Origin: an uncultured Bacilli bacterium
GTDB taxonomy: Bacteria; Bacillota_I; Bacilli_A; RFN20; CAG-449
Assembly (NCBI GenBank): GCA_944332225.1
Contig: CALVJO010000002.1
Coordinates: 17,013 to 81,012 of the forward strand
DNA length: 64,000 nucleotides
Reading direction: 5' to 3'
Shown: positions 9,531 to 18,153 of the stretch, piece after piece
How positions within the stretch are numbered: position 1 is the first letter of the stretch
How the letters are laid out: the number at the start of each line of letters is the position of its first letter
Notes under the pieces: model-generated
What the model saw: only the letters and a program-made list of their open reading frames with translations
Told to the model about the DNA's origin: nothing
Database searches by the model: none
Program-made: the position numbers and the translations under genes

Positions 9531-10069
9531 AAAAATATTGTTGCCTAGAATTAAAACGAGGCAAAAAGAATCCTCCTCTTGGTAGAAGTTGTTTTTTTGG
9601 AGATCCAGATTTAACTAAAGAAGCGGAAAATTTATATCAAGACGATGATTACTTTCTTTGCCAATTAAATTTAGAAGAGATAAAAAATGCCTTTCCAACC
9701 ATTTATCTTCCTAAGCATGGAATGCTCTATTTTTTCGTATCTTTAGATTCTTTGAATGGAAAAGTTTTATATTCTGATTATCAATCTGATAATGATTTTA
9801 ATCGAATCGAATTCAATGAAGGGTTCCATTTTAAAAATAAAGAATACTCAATTAAATTATCGTTTCATAATCATCACCATGACTTTATGATCTTGTATGA
9901 GAATCAAAAGATTTCAGGTATTAGGGAAAACGAGCTTGTTTTATTAAAAGTTCATTTTAAAAAATTATTAAATTACAACAAAAAATTTTATCTTTATTAT
10001 GTGATTAATAAAGAAGATTTATTGAAGATGGATTATTCTAAAGTAAGAACTATCATCTCTCACCGTTAG
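9527..10069 (+). CDS. DUF1963 (YwqG-like) family protein, tentative
   Basis: 180 aa. CFFGDPDL...LCQLNLEEI...LPKHGMLYFF and the C-terminal YLYYVINKEDL follow the DUF1963 pattern from memory. The ATG overlaps the ltaS-like stop (ATGA). Confidence 0.45.
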   Translation: MKKYCCLELKRGKKNPPLGRSCFFGDPDLTKEAENLYQDDDYFLCQLNLEEIKNAFPTIYLPKHGMLYFFVSLDSLNGKVLYSDYQSDNDFNRIEFNEGFHFKNKEYSIKLSFHNHHHDFMILYENQKISGIRENELVLLKVHFKKLLNYNKKFYLYYVINKEDLLKMDYSKVRTIISHR

Positions 10070-10070
10070 T

Positions 10071-12209
10071 ATGAAAAAAGTAATAATCGCAGAAAAACCA
10101 TCACTAGGAAAGAATATCGCCGCGGCGATTTCTTCTTCATATAAACGATTAAATGGCTATTATGAAGCTGATGATTATCTAATCACTTACGCTTATGGTC
10201 ATCTATTTTCTTTATATGATGTTGAGCAATATCAAGATAATTATGATTCAAATAAAAAAGTTTCTTGGACTTTAAATAATTTACCTTTTTTCCCAAAGGA
10301 TTTTAAATTTGGTTTGAAAAGAGATGATGGAACTATCTCTCAATTTAAAATCATTCGAGAATTAGTTAATCGAAATGATGTTGATCTTATAATAAATGCT
10401 GGAGACTCTGATCGAGAGGGAGAAATTATTATTCGAATTATTCTTTCTTACGCGCTAAAGAGTAATAAGCCGATTAAAAGATTATGGATGCCGGATCAAA
10501 CCCAAAAAACAATCTTGAAAGAACTAGTAGAATTAAAAGATGATTCTTTTTATGATAGTTTAGCTAATGAAGGATATGCGAGAACTTATATAGATTGGCT
10601 GTATGGAATTAATTTAACTAGATTAGCTACTATTAAATCGCATACTTTATTAAGAGTTGGAAGAGTTATTTCACCTATTGTAAAGGCGATTTATGATCGA
10701 GAGATGCAAATCGTTAATTTTGTTAAAACTAAATATTATGTTTTACAATCTAAAGAAAAAACTAATGACGAAGAAGTTGAATTAGTTTCCTCTAAAGAGT
10801 TTTCTAAAGATGAATATGATAAGATTCTTGATTTAGCTAAAATTTATAATCAAGAAAAAGCGATAGTTACCAATATTAAAAATGAAGAGAAAACCATTCC
10901 TTCTCCTAGATTATTCTCTCTTTCTAAACTTCAAGGTGTCATGGGAAAGAAATTTAAAATGTCTCCTGATAAAACCTTACAAGTAGCTCAATCTCTCTAT
11001 GAAAAAGGTTATATTTCTTATCCTAGAACTCCATCTGAGTATCTTGGAGAAAATGAAAAAGGTAAGTTTAAAGAGATCATTGATAATTTCAAGAATTTGA
11101 AGATTGATATCATGTTTAAAGATAATAAATATATCTTTGATGATTCTAAAATAGAATCCCATTCGGCTTTGACTCCTACTTATATCATTCCTAAAAAATC
11201 TGATCTATCGATAGATGAATATCATGTCTATGAAACGATAACTCACCGGTTCTTTGCTGTCTTTGCCTCTTCTTTATGCAAGGTGGCTAAATCAAATATG
11301 GAAATTAAATTAGGTGAACTCGAAACCTTTAAATTAAATGGAGAAATCATGCTTCAAAAGGGTTGGACAGCCTTTGAAGAAAGAGATAAAAAAGATAAAT
11401 CATTACCTAATTTAAAGATTGGTGATATTGTTAATGTTAATTTTAAACCATTAGAAAAAGAAACTAAGCCTCCAAGAAGATACTCAGTCGATTCGTTAAA
11501 CAATTTTTTAAAGAATCCTTTTAAAGAACAATTAGATAATAAAGATGATGATAATCCTTACGATGATGATTTTCGCACGGTTTTAGAAGGTATTGAATTA
11601 GGAACTGAAGCAACCCGCGCGGGAATAATTTCTAATGCCATCAAACAAAAATACATAGCTTTAAAAGATAATGTTTATTCTTTGTTAGATATGGGAAAAT
11701 ATTATATTGAAACATTAGAGGATCTTTCTTTGCTGATGGAAAAAGAGAAAACTGCCTTAATTGGTAAATCATTAAAGCAGGTGTATCGAGGTGAGATAAC
11801 TCTCGTTGACGCGGTTAATCTATCCCAGCAAGAAATCATTAATTTATTTAATAAATCGAAAGATAAAGAGATTAAACAGGCTCCGATGACCTTTAATTTA
11901 GATAAAAGCAAAATATTATGTAAATGCCCAAAATGCAATAATTATATTGGAATATATGATTATGGTTATAGATGTAATTATTCTCCATGCGGCTTATCTC
12001 TATATAAGGATAATGCCTTATTTAAAACTTTAAATAAAACGATAACAAATAAAGTAGCAAAGGAGATATTCACTAAAGGTGAAATCACCTATGATGATTT
12101 AATCTCTAAAAAAGGAACGACTTATAAAGCAACCTTAAAGGCAAACTTTGAAAGTAAATATGTTTCTTTTACTTTTGATTTTCATTCTAAAAATGAGGAA
12201 AATAAATAA
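10071..12209 (+). CDS. topB: DNA topoisomerase III
   Basis: Toprim N-terminus MKKVIIAEKPSLGKNIAAAI with DSDREGE. Active-site Tyr context is GYISYPRTPSEYL. The C-terminus has a Cys4 zinc ribbon CPKCN...CNYSPC plus a topoisomerase C-terminal repeat-like tail. Confidence 0.9.
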   Translation: MKKVIIAEKPSLGKNIAAAISSSYKRLNGYYEADDYLITYAYGHLFSLYDVEQYQDNYDSNKKVSWTLNNLPFFPKDFKFGLKRDDGTISQFKIIRELVNRNDVDLIINAGDSDREGEIIIRIILSYALKSNKPIKRLWMPDQTQKTILKELVELKDDSFYDSLANEGYARTYIDWLYGINLTRLATIKSHTLLRVGRVISPIVKAIYDREMQIVNFVKTKYYVLQSKEKTNDEEVELVSSKEFSKDEYDKILDLAKIYNQEKAIVTNIKNEEKTIPSPRLFSLSKLQGVMGKKFKMSPDKTLQVAQSLYEKGYISYPRTPSEYLGENEKGKFKEIIDNFKNLKIDIMFKDNKYIFDDSKIESHSALTPTYIIPKKSDLSIDEYHVYETITHRFFAVFASSLCKVAKSNMEIKLGELETFKLNGEIMLQKGWTAFEERDKKDKSLPNLKIGDIVNVNFKPLEKETKPPRRYSVDSLNNFLKNPFKEQLDNKDDDNPYDDDFRTVLEGIELGTEATRAGIISNAIKQKYIALKDNVYSLLDMGKYYIETLEDLSLLMEKEKTALIGKSLKQVYRGEITLVDAVNLSQQEIINLFNKSKDKEIKQAPMTFNLDKSKILCKCPKCNNYIGIYDYGYRCNYSPCGLSLYKDNALFKTLNKTITNKVAKEIFTKGEITYDDLISKKGTTYKATLKANFESKYVSFTFDFHSKNEENK

Positions 12210-12251
12210 TTATTCATAAACAGTTAACATAAATATATAGAATTAATATGT

Positions 12252-12869
12252 ATGGAAAACCCTTATGAAATATTAGGAGTTAAGGAAAATTGCTCAGATG
12301 AGGAACTTAACTCTGCTTATAAAAAATTAGCTAAAAAGTATCATCCGGATTTAAATAAAGATCCTGAGGCACCCAAGATGATGGTTAAAATCAACTGCGC
12401 GTATGATGAGATTTTAAAGATGAGAGAAAAAGGAATTTCCTATTCTCAATATCAATATTCTCAGCAAGCTCAAAATAATTACGCTTCTTCTCAGGGTTAC
12501 TATCGAAATTATTCTTCTAATGATATTGATCAAGCAATCTATTCTAACTTTGAATACTTTTATCGGATGGGAATATATAATTTAGCCTACACGATTTTAC
12601 AATCTGTTCAAAATAAAGGAGAAAAGTATTATTACTACTGCGCGTTATCCTTAGGAAAGATGGGATATTTTGAAGAAGCGATTGAATGCGCGAAGCAGTC
12701 GCATAACTATAATCCTAATTCTAATACCTATTCAAAATTGATTGAACAATTAAAAAATTCTAAAGTAGAAGCCGAGAAAATTAGAAAGAATAATTCTCCT
12801 CTTGGACCTTTTGTTTTATTAATTTTCATTTTTGTCTTGCTTCTTATCCTAACACTTTTTATATTTTAA
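12252..12869 (+). CDS. J-domain protein with TPR-like middle region and C-terminal tail-anchor TM helix
   Basis: NPYEILGV...[15 protein letters not shown] is a J domain with HPD. The last 25 aa ([21 protein letters not shown]) are hydrophobic up to the stop codon. Confidence 0.75.
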   Translation: MENPYEILGVKENCSDEELNSAYKKLAKKYHPDLNKDPEAPKMMVKINCAYDEILKMREKGISYSQYQYSQQAQNNYASSQGYYRNYSSNDIDQAIYSNFEYFYRMGIYNLAYTILQSVQNKGEKYYYYCALSLGKMGYFEEAIECAKQSHNYNPNSNTYSKLIEQLKNSKVEAEKIRKNNSPLGPFVLLIFIFVLLLILTLFIF

Positions 12870-12887
12870 AATTGTTGGGTATAGATT

Positions 12888-13310
12888 ATGAAGAAAAAAA
12901 GAAATGGTAATGATTTAATATCAACGATCGGATTTGTGATAATGGGTATTTTAATGATAGTATCATTATTTATTCCTTATCCTTATTTTTTCATTCCTTT
13001 TGGTTTAGGATTGTTAGTTTTATTCTATTGCCTTTTTAGAGTTTTATCGACTAATGTTGAAAAAAGACAATATGAAGTAAAAAGCTTATCTTATAAATTT
13101 CTTAAGTTGATGAAAACAGATATGTCAATGTATGATAAACCAAGAAAGATTAAATCTTTAGTGATTGGTGAAAAAATAGATAATGATGAAGAGCATGTTT
13201 TAGCCCGTTGCCCTTACTGCGATAAAAAGATCAGATTACCTAATAAAAAAGGAAAGCACGGAGTAGATTGCCCAAACTGCCATCATCACTTTAAAATTAA
13301 GATTAAATAG
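12888..13310 (+). CDS. Membrane protein with 2 N-terminal TM helices and a C-terminal CxxC...CxxC zinc ribbon
   Basis: 140 aa. CPYCDKKIRLPNKKGKHGVDCPNCHHHF lies at the C-terminus and hydrophobic segments at the N-terminus. Confidence 0.6.
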   Translation: MKKKRNGNDLISTIGFVIMGILMIVSLFIPYPYFFIPFGLGLLVLFYCLFRVLSTNVEKRQYEVKSLSYKFLKLMKTDMSMYDKPRKIKSLVIGEKIDNDEEHVLARCPYCDKKIRLPNKKGKHGVDCPNCHHHFKIKIK

Positions 13311-13311
13311 T

Positions 13312-13485
13312 ATGTTACCTAAGAATCCTTATGTCCTTTTAAGCGTGATTAATTGTAAACTACGCGATGAATATTCTTCGTTTGATTCTTTAATTGAAGA
13401 TTTGGATGAAGATAAAGAAGAAATCGAAAAAATCTTAGATTCAATTGGTTATCATTACGATAAGGAAACTAATCAATTTCGTTAA
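13312..13485 (+). CDS. DUF4250-family small protein (57 aa; absent from the supplied ORF track)
   Basis: Own translation gives MLPKNPYVLLSVINCKLRDEYSSFDSLIEDLDEDKEEIEKILDSIGYHYDKETNQFR. It matches the DUF4250 pattern (LP.dP..LLs..N..LRD.Y.sLdeLc....d.ee...kL...GY.Yd...NQF) from memory. It starts 1 nt after the upstream stop. Confidence 0.6.
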   Translation: MLPKNPYVLLSVINCKLRDEYSSFDSLIEDLDEDKEEIEKILDSIGYHYDKETNQFR

Positions 13486-13529
13486 ATTTCTTTTTATAAA
13501 TTTTTATAAGTGATATTATTTTTCTTACT

Positions 13530-13605
13530 TGGGGAATGGACAAGCGGTAAGTCACCTGGCTCTGAACCAGGTTATGCGTAGGTTCGAATCCTACTTCCCC
13601 AGCCA
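13530..13605 (+). tRNA. tRNA-Gln (anticodon CUG), CCA encoded
   Basis: Cloverleaf folded by hand. Acceptor is UGGGGAA/UUCCCCA (U1-A72). Anticodon stem is CCUGG/CCAGG with loop CUCUGAA. T arm is GUAGG-UUCGAAU-CCUAC. Discriminator is G, followed by CCA. Confidence 0.85.
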
Positions 13606-13615
13606 ATGAGATCCT

Positions 13616-13637
13616 GCCGAGGTTATCCTCGGCTTTT
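13616..13637 (+). terminator. Rho-independent terminator after tRNA-Gln
   Basis: GCCGAGG ttat CCTCGGC followed by TTTT. Confidence 0.8.
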
Positions 13638-13780
13638 ATAATTAAACTTTTATTATCGAAAATTATTGCACTTTTTGATAGGGGTTTGCTTTCAATAAAT
13701 GACATTAGTAAATAATTACAATGTCGAACAAGTAATAATGCATAGTTAACAAAAATTTTTTTAAAAAAAATCACCATTTT

Positions 13781-13809
13781 TTGACCTATTAAATATTTGA
13801 TTATATAAT
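13781..13809 (+). promoter_or_regulatory. Putative sigma-A promoter of the GPH/MFS transporter
   Basis: TTGACC (13781-13786), 17 nt spacer, TATAAT (13804-13809). Confidence 0.6.
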
Positions 13810-13905
13810 ATTTTTTAGAGAAGATAGGGCTTACATTGTCGAGGGAATTTGTAAGTATTACATAAGCCTATGCTTCTTAAATATTTACAAATAAGGAGAA
13901 AACAA

Positions 13906-15567
13906 ATGGAAAACACAAAGACGAGCGTTTTTGAAAAAAAGATTTTTTCATCGCGGGTCAAATCTGCAAACGTCAAACCTTTGGAATCTTTGATTGGCTA
14001 TTTGATAGGCCCTTTATGTGGATTATTAGCTAACGGAATTTTCAACATCTACTTAACTACTTATTTTAGAGAAGTTTTATTCGCTGGAGAAGTACTTGAT
14101 CAAAATCAAGGTGTGCTAACATTCCTTACTTTATTCCCATTACTATCATCAATTCTAATCATCATTGGTAACTTAGTTGCCGGTCAAGTGGTTCAAAGAA
14201 CTATGACAAAAGCTGGAAAGGCAAGACCATGGATTATTTTCTCATCCATCTTCCTACCAATCATGGCTGTATTAATGTTCATTCAACCATCTAATGACAC
14301 CGTCTTCAAGATGGTATGGACTGCAATCGTTTATAATTTATACTATGCGATTGCCTTCCCATTATATACGACGGCTAACTCAACTCTAACCCCTCTTTCA
14401 ACTAGAAATGGTAAACAAAGAAGTGTCCTTGCTTCCTTCGTCAGCATGGCTTCCCTCGCAGCTGCAGGCGCTGGATCAATGGTCTTCCCAATTCTATTAA
14501 GCTTAATCGTTGGTGGAAAAAAAGGAGTTGAAGCAAAACCTTATTGGTTAGTCATCTTCATTATCATCGCAGTAGTAATGTTCATCGGAATAATGTTACA
14601 ATTCTACTTCACAAGAGAAAGAGTTACTGAAGAAAGAGTTGCAACTGGAGTTAAAGAAGAAAATCTTAAACTCTCTATGAAAGAGCAAGCCTCTACAGTT
14701 ATTCACGATAAATTCTTCTGGATAATCATCGGTTTCTATCTCTTATATCAATTATCCGGCGGAATTAAAAACTCATCAATGCGTTCATATTCTGGTATTT
14801 TAGATATTGGTATTGACGCGGAGATTATTACTTCAGTCTTAGGTATTGTTGGAGCTATCCCTATGGCTCTTGCTGTCTTATTCGTTTCCCCACTTTGCAA
14901 CAAGTTTGGTAAACAAAAAATGGCAATCATAGGTATGGCAGTTGGCTGCGCAGGTGGTATCATGGCTGCGATTTGCTACGATAATATCTATATTGCTGCA
15001 ACCGGAATTGCGATTAAGTGTTTAGGCGCGGCACCTGGAGGCTATATGATTCTTGCGATGATTGCTGATGTCATCGATCATATTGAAGCTAAAACAGGTA
15101 AACGATGCGACACCTTCATCATGTCAATTTATTCATCAATCTACATTGCTTCCGTTAATATCGGTCAAGGTATCACCAATGGATTAGTATCCTCTATGGG
15201 CGATTATGGAGCCGTTGTTGCTTACATTTGGATTGAAAGTATCGCTTATGGCTTAGCAGCTATATTATTATGTTTCTTCACCGTTGAAAAATATATTGAT
15301 AAGGATAATGAAATTATCTTAGAAAGACAAAAAGAAGCATGTCTTGCTGCAGGTAAAGAATGGATTCCACCTGAGGAAAGATTGAAAATAGAAGAAGCTA
15401 AAGCTGAAGCTGAGGCTGAAGAAGCTAGAATTAAAGAATTACGTGAAAGATGTGAAAAGAAACACTTAGACTTCGATGCAGAAGAAGCTAAGTATCAAGC
15501 TATTCAAAAACAAAAAGCGGAAAAGAAAGCCGCGAAAGAAGCTGCAAAGCAAAAAAAAGATAAGTAA
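13906..15567 (+). CDS. GPH/MFS-type glycoside:cation symporter-like transporter with a long charged C-terminal tail
   Basis: Start moved to the ATG at 13906, behind AAGGAG. About 12 TM segments with GPH-like organisation. The last roughly 90 aa are a Lys/Glu/Ala-rich helix (EEAKAEAEAEEARIKELRERCEKK...). Confidence 0.7.
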   Translation: MENTKTSVFEKKIFSSRVKSANVKPLESLIGYLIGPLCGLLANGIFNIYLTTYFREVLFAGEVLDQNQGVLTFLTLFPLLSSILIIIGNLVAGQVVQRTMTKAGKARPWIIFSSIFLPIMAVLMFIQPSNDTVFKMVWTAIVYNLYYAIAFPLYTTANSTLTPLSTRNGKQRSVLASFVSMASLAAAGAGSMVFPILLSLIVGGKKGVEAKPYWLVIFIIIAVVMFIGIMLQFYFTRERVTEERVATGVKEENLKLSMKEQASTVIHDKFFWIIIGFYLLYQLSGGIKNSSMRSYSGILDIGIDAEIITSVLGIVGAIPMALAVLFVSPLCNKFGKQKMAIIGMAVGCAGGIMAAICYDNIYIAATGIAIKCLGAAPGGYMILAMIADVIDHIEAKTGKRCDTFIMSIYSSIYIASVNIGQGITNGLVSSMGDYGAVVAYIWIESIAYGLAAILLCFFTVEKYIDKDNEIILERQKEACLAAGKEWIPPEERLKIEEAKAEAEAEEARIKELRERCEKKHLDFDAEEAKYQAIQKQKAEKKAAKEAAKQKKDK

Positions 15568-15586
15568 TTCTTAACTTAAACACAAA

Positions 15587-15620
15587 ACCTCTAGATTTAA
15601 TGTTCTAGGGGTTTTTATTT
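15587..15620 (+). terminator. Rho-independent terminator
   Basis: ACCTCTAGA tttaatgt TCTAGGGGT followed by TTTTATTTT. Confidence 0.7.
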
Positions 15621-15623
15621 TGC

Positions 15624-15656
15624 TTATAAATTTGGTTTATAAATTTGGTTTATAAA
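15624..15656. repeat. Tandem 13-nt direct repeat, about 2.5 copies
   Basis: TTATAAATTTGGT TTATAAATTTGGT TTATAAA read directly from the sequence. Confidence 0.8.
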
Positions 15657-15959
15657 GTATTATTTTATCCATTAGATAAACGATTATGCTTTTAAAATCA
15701 TAAGTGATAGACGCTATTAAATTTAATATATCGACTAGTTAAATAAATATTAAATTCTAAGTCAAATTAATAATGCGTTTATATATTTATCTGTTTCATT
15801 TAAATACTTAAATATAATTTTTACTCAAAATATGATTTTATCAATAACAGGAATGCTTATTAACATTACTAGAATCATAAATAAATAATGACTAAGAATA
15901 TTTAATTATCAAAATAGTTATAAGAGTAGTTTGATTTTTGATAATTGTATGCAGTCAAA

Positions 15960-17411
15960 TTAATTACTTATTTTAGAAATATATTTATTTAAATAAGGAG
16001 GAGGTGTTAGATAGTTTTCAGCAAAGCAGAAAGTAACTATCATCACAATCATATAATTAATATAAAAATAAGATACATCAAAAAATCCATATATTTCAGG
16101 AATGAGTAATGATCCTAAAATAAATAATTTTTGCACATTTAGATTCCTTAATAATGAATAATATTTTTCAAAATAATGGAATAGTAAGCCAAATAATCCA
16201 ACGATTCCCGCGGTCATCAAGGTTTGTAAGATGGTAGAATGAGAGAATTGATAACCTAATGAACCAAGCCAATCAACGACAAAATCTTGATTTTCTCCAT
16301 ATAATATTCCATATCCAAAAATTGGTTTCTTTAAGAATAATTCAAAATGCGCGGAGTAAATAGGAATTCTATTATTGAGGGTAGAAAAATCAAATCCTTT
16401 AATAATTGATTCGTAGATTTCATTAAATATATGAATTTCAAAGCCAAAGTCTAAAATACAGCAAATAATTAAAGAAACAATAATTACTGAAGATAGGGTA
16501 AATGAATATAATTTAAATTTAGCTTTATCTTTATGAAGATGAATAAAGTTAAAGACGATAAAAAAGGCTAAAGCGATGGTAGAAACTAAGATGCTTCCTT
16601 TAGATAAACTTAATAAAACTCCTCCGTAGAGAATAAAAGATGATAGTTGATAAATTATAAATAATACTTTGTTTTGAGCTTTATAAGATAAATAAAAGCC
16701 GAAAATAAAGCAAGAGGATAAGACTAAAGCATAATTGTTTTTATTGCCCCAACCTAAGAGAAGATTTTCTTTATCGCATAGACCATTAAAGGCAAATATA
16801 TAATAAATAAAAAAATCTATCATCAAGACAAATCCTAATATGGTCATCAAGAAGGATAAAGATGATAGATTTAATTTATTTTGTGATAAATATGAATAAA
16901 CAAATGTTAAAACTAATCCAACGAATAAAACGATGAATAACTGTAATACAATATTAGATTCGTTAAATCCGATTCCTCCAAAGGCAAGAGAGACAACGAA
17001 AACAAGTAATCCAATCGATAGTTTTCCTAATCTAAACCGTTTAGGGAAGATAAACATTCTCAAAAATAAACCAAATATCACAATTATAGCCGCGGTGTAT
17101 AAAAATAAAGGAACATTCTCAGGATAAAAAGCATGAGAGAAACTAAACGGGGCCATCAGCAAAGTGGCTAAAAAATAATATATATCCTCTTTCGCGGTCA
17201 AGCTGATAAAACAAATCATCGCATAGATAGCTAAGAAGATTCCTTCTATCATGTTTAAAAGAGCTTTATCATATTGAATTCTACCTAAATAGAAGGTAAC
17301 TGACCAAAATATAATTGTTAATAAACCTATAATTATAGGGAATAATATATATGATTTTTTTAATTGAATTGATGACTCTAAATCCTTTAATTGTCTCACG
17401 TCTTTTATCAT
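15960..17411 (-). CDS. O-antigen ligase/polymerase-like (Wzy_C-type) polytopic membrane protein
   Basis: 483 aa with more than 10 TM helices. The central LLSLSKGSILVSTIALAFF resembles the Wzy_C S-R/K-G motif region. Confidence 0.55.
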   Translation of the reverse strand: MIKDVRQLKDLESSIQLKKSYILFPIIIGLLTIIFWSVTFYLGRIQYDKALLNMIEGIFLAIYAMICFISLTAKEDIYYFLATLLMAPFSFSHAFYPENVPLFLYTAAIIVIFGLFLRMFIFPKRFRLGKLSIGLLVFVVSLAFGGIGFNESNIVLQLFIVLFVGLVLTFVYSYLSQNKLNLSSLSFLMTILGFVLMIDFFIYYIFAFNGLCDKENLLLGWGNKNNYALVLSSCFIFGFYLSYKAQNKVLFIIYQLSSFILYGGVLLSLSKGSILVSTIALAFFIVFNFIHLHKDKAKFKLYSFTLSSVIIVSLIICCILDFGFEIHIFNEIYESIIKGFDFSTLNNRIPIYSAHFELFLKKPIFGYGILYGENQDFVVDWLGSLGYQFSHSTILQTLMTAGIVGLFGLLFHYFEKYYSLLRNLNVQKLFILGSLLIPEIYGFFDVSYFYINYMIVMIVTFCFAENYLTPPPYLNKYISKISN

Positions 17412-17510
17412 ATAAATTTATTTATATTTAGGCAAGTTTTATCATTGTTAAAACAAGAGATATGGAAAAAATACAAACAAAATATTAAATATGCACGCTT
17501 TTAGATATTG

Positions 17511-17519
17511 TGATATAAT
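17511..17519 (+). promoter_or_regulatory. Extended -10 promoter element (TGaTATAAT)
   Basis: TGATATAAT lies 25 nt upstream of the ATG at 17544, which is preceded by AGGAGG. Confidence 0.5.
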
Positions 17520-17543
17520 AGAAACACCAGGAGGATTTCAGAA

Positions 17544-18092
17544 ATGGGAAAATCGAAATCTAAAAAACAAATATCGACGTTTTTAGGATTGATTAGTTTT
17601 GTCTTAGGAATCGTCGCCCTCTTACTATTTGCCTTACTCCCAATGCTCAAGATGACAATTCAAAATGTTGGAGAAGGAACCTTAGGTGGATTTGGAATGA
17701 TCTTTGGAGGAACCGTAAACGCAGTATCCGGAGATGTTTCAGAAGAAATTGATGGAATTGCAGTTAACGTTGTAGCTTTAATTGCCTTCATCATCCTAGC
17801 TCTCGGCCTTATTGCAGTTGCAGTTGGAACATTCAAAAAGAGCAAAATCATCAATCTTGTTTCCTGCTTATTATTTGTCGTTGCAGGTATCATGATGTTC
17901 TGCGTCGTTGATTCATCCTTAAATGCAGTTATATCTGGCTTAGTTGGAATGGAACCTGGAGATTTTGGATATGATACCGCAGTTTCTATAATTAAGGAAT
18001 TAGCTAATCCATCTTTAGGTATTGGAGCTATCCTCGGCGGCGTGGTCTCCATCCTTGGTGGAGCATGCTCTGCAGTTTCCGCGTTAAAGTAA
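17544..18092 (+). CDS. Hypothetical Gly/Ala-rich 4-TM membrane protein
   Basis: 182 aa with four hydrophobic segments. It has a strong SD, an extended -10 promoter and a strong terminator. No family recognised. Confidence 0.55.
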   Translation: MGKSKSKKQISTFLGLISFVLGIVALLLFALLPMLKMTIQNVGEGTLGGFGMIFGGTVNAVSGDVSEEIDGIAVNVVALIAFIILALGLIAVAVGTFKKSKIINLVSCLLFVVAGIMMFCVVDSSLNAVISGLVGMEPGDFGYDTAVSIIKELANPSLGIGAILGGVVSILGGACSAVSALK

Positions 18093-18105
18093 TAATAATG
18101 GATGT

Positions 18106-18130
18106 AAAAAGGACCTTCGGGTCCTTTTTA
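18106..18130. terminator. Bidirectional rho-independent terminator
   Basis: AAAAAGGACC ttcg GGTCCTTTTT lies between convergent genes. Confidence 0.85.
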
Positions 18131-18153
18131 GTTGGGTAAATTTAACTAATTAT

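Noticed and set aside
9527-13605. The topB neighbourhood ending at tRNA-Gln, considered as an integrated mobile element
   Set aside because: There is no integrase, recombinase, relaxase or transfer gene. I could not find a direct repeat of the tRNA 3' end. The genes are tightly coupled to the upstream ltaS-like gene.
13469-13777. 102-aa minus-strand ORF in the supplied track
   Set aside because: It runs antisense across tRNA-Gln, its terminator and the end of the DUF4250 ORF. It has no SD and is low-complexity, so it is a spurious A+T-rich reading frame.
15624-15656. Tandem 13-mer, considered as a CRISPR or minisatellite array
   Set aside because: There are only 2.5 contiguous copies with no spacers. 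This is not CRISPR-like, so it is reported as a simple repeat.
17660-18052. 130-aa antisense ORF inside the Gly-rich membrane protein gene. The same applies to 38470-38979 and 38194-38385 inside ktrB, and to 14748-14963, 16933-17127, 31468-31776, 32104-32295, 34148-34429, 60534-60728 and others.
   Set aside because: All lie fully inside well-supported genes on the opposite strand. They have no ribosome-binding sites, and their Pro/Thr/Ile-rich compositions are typical of the antisense of membrane or GxG-rich genes.
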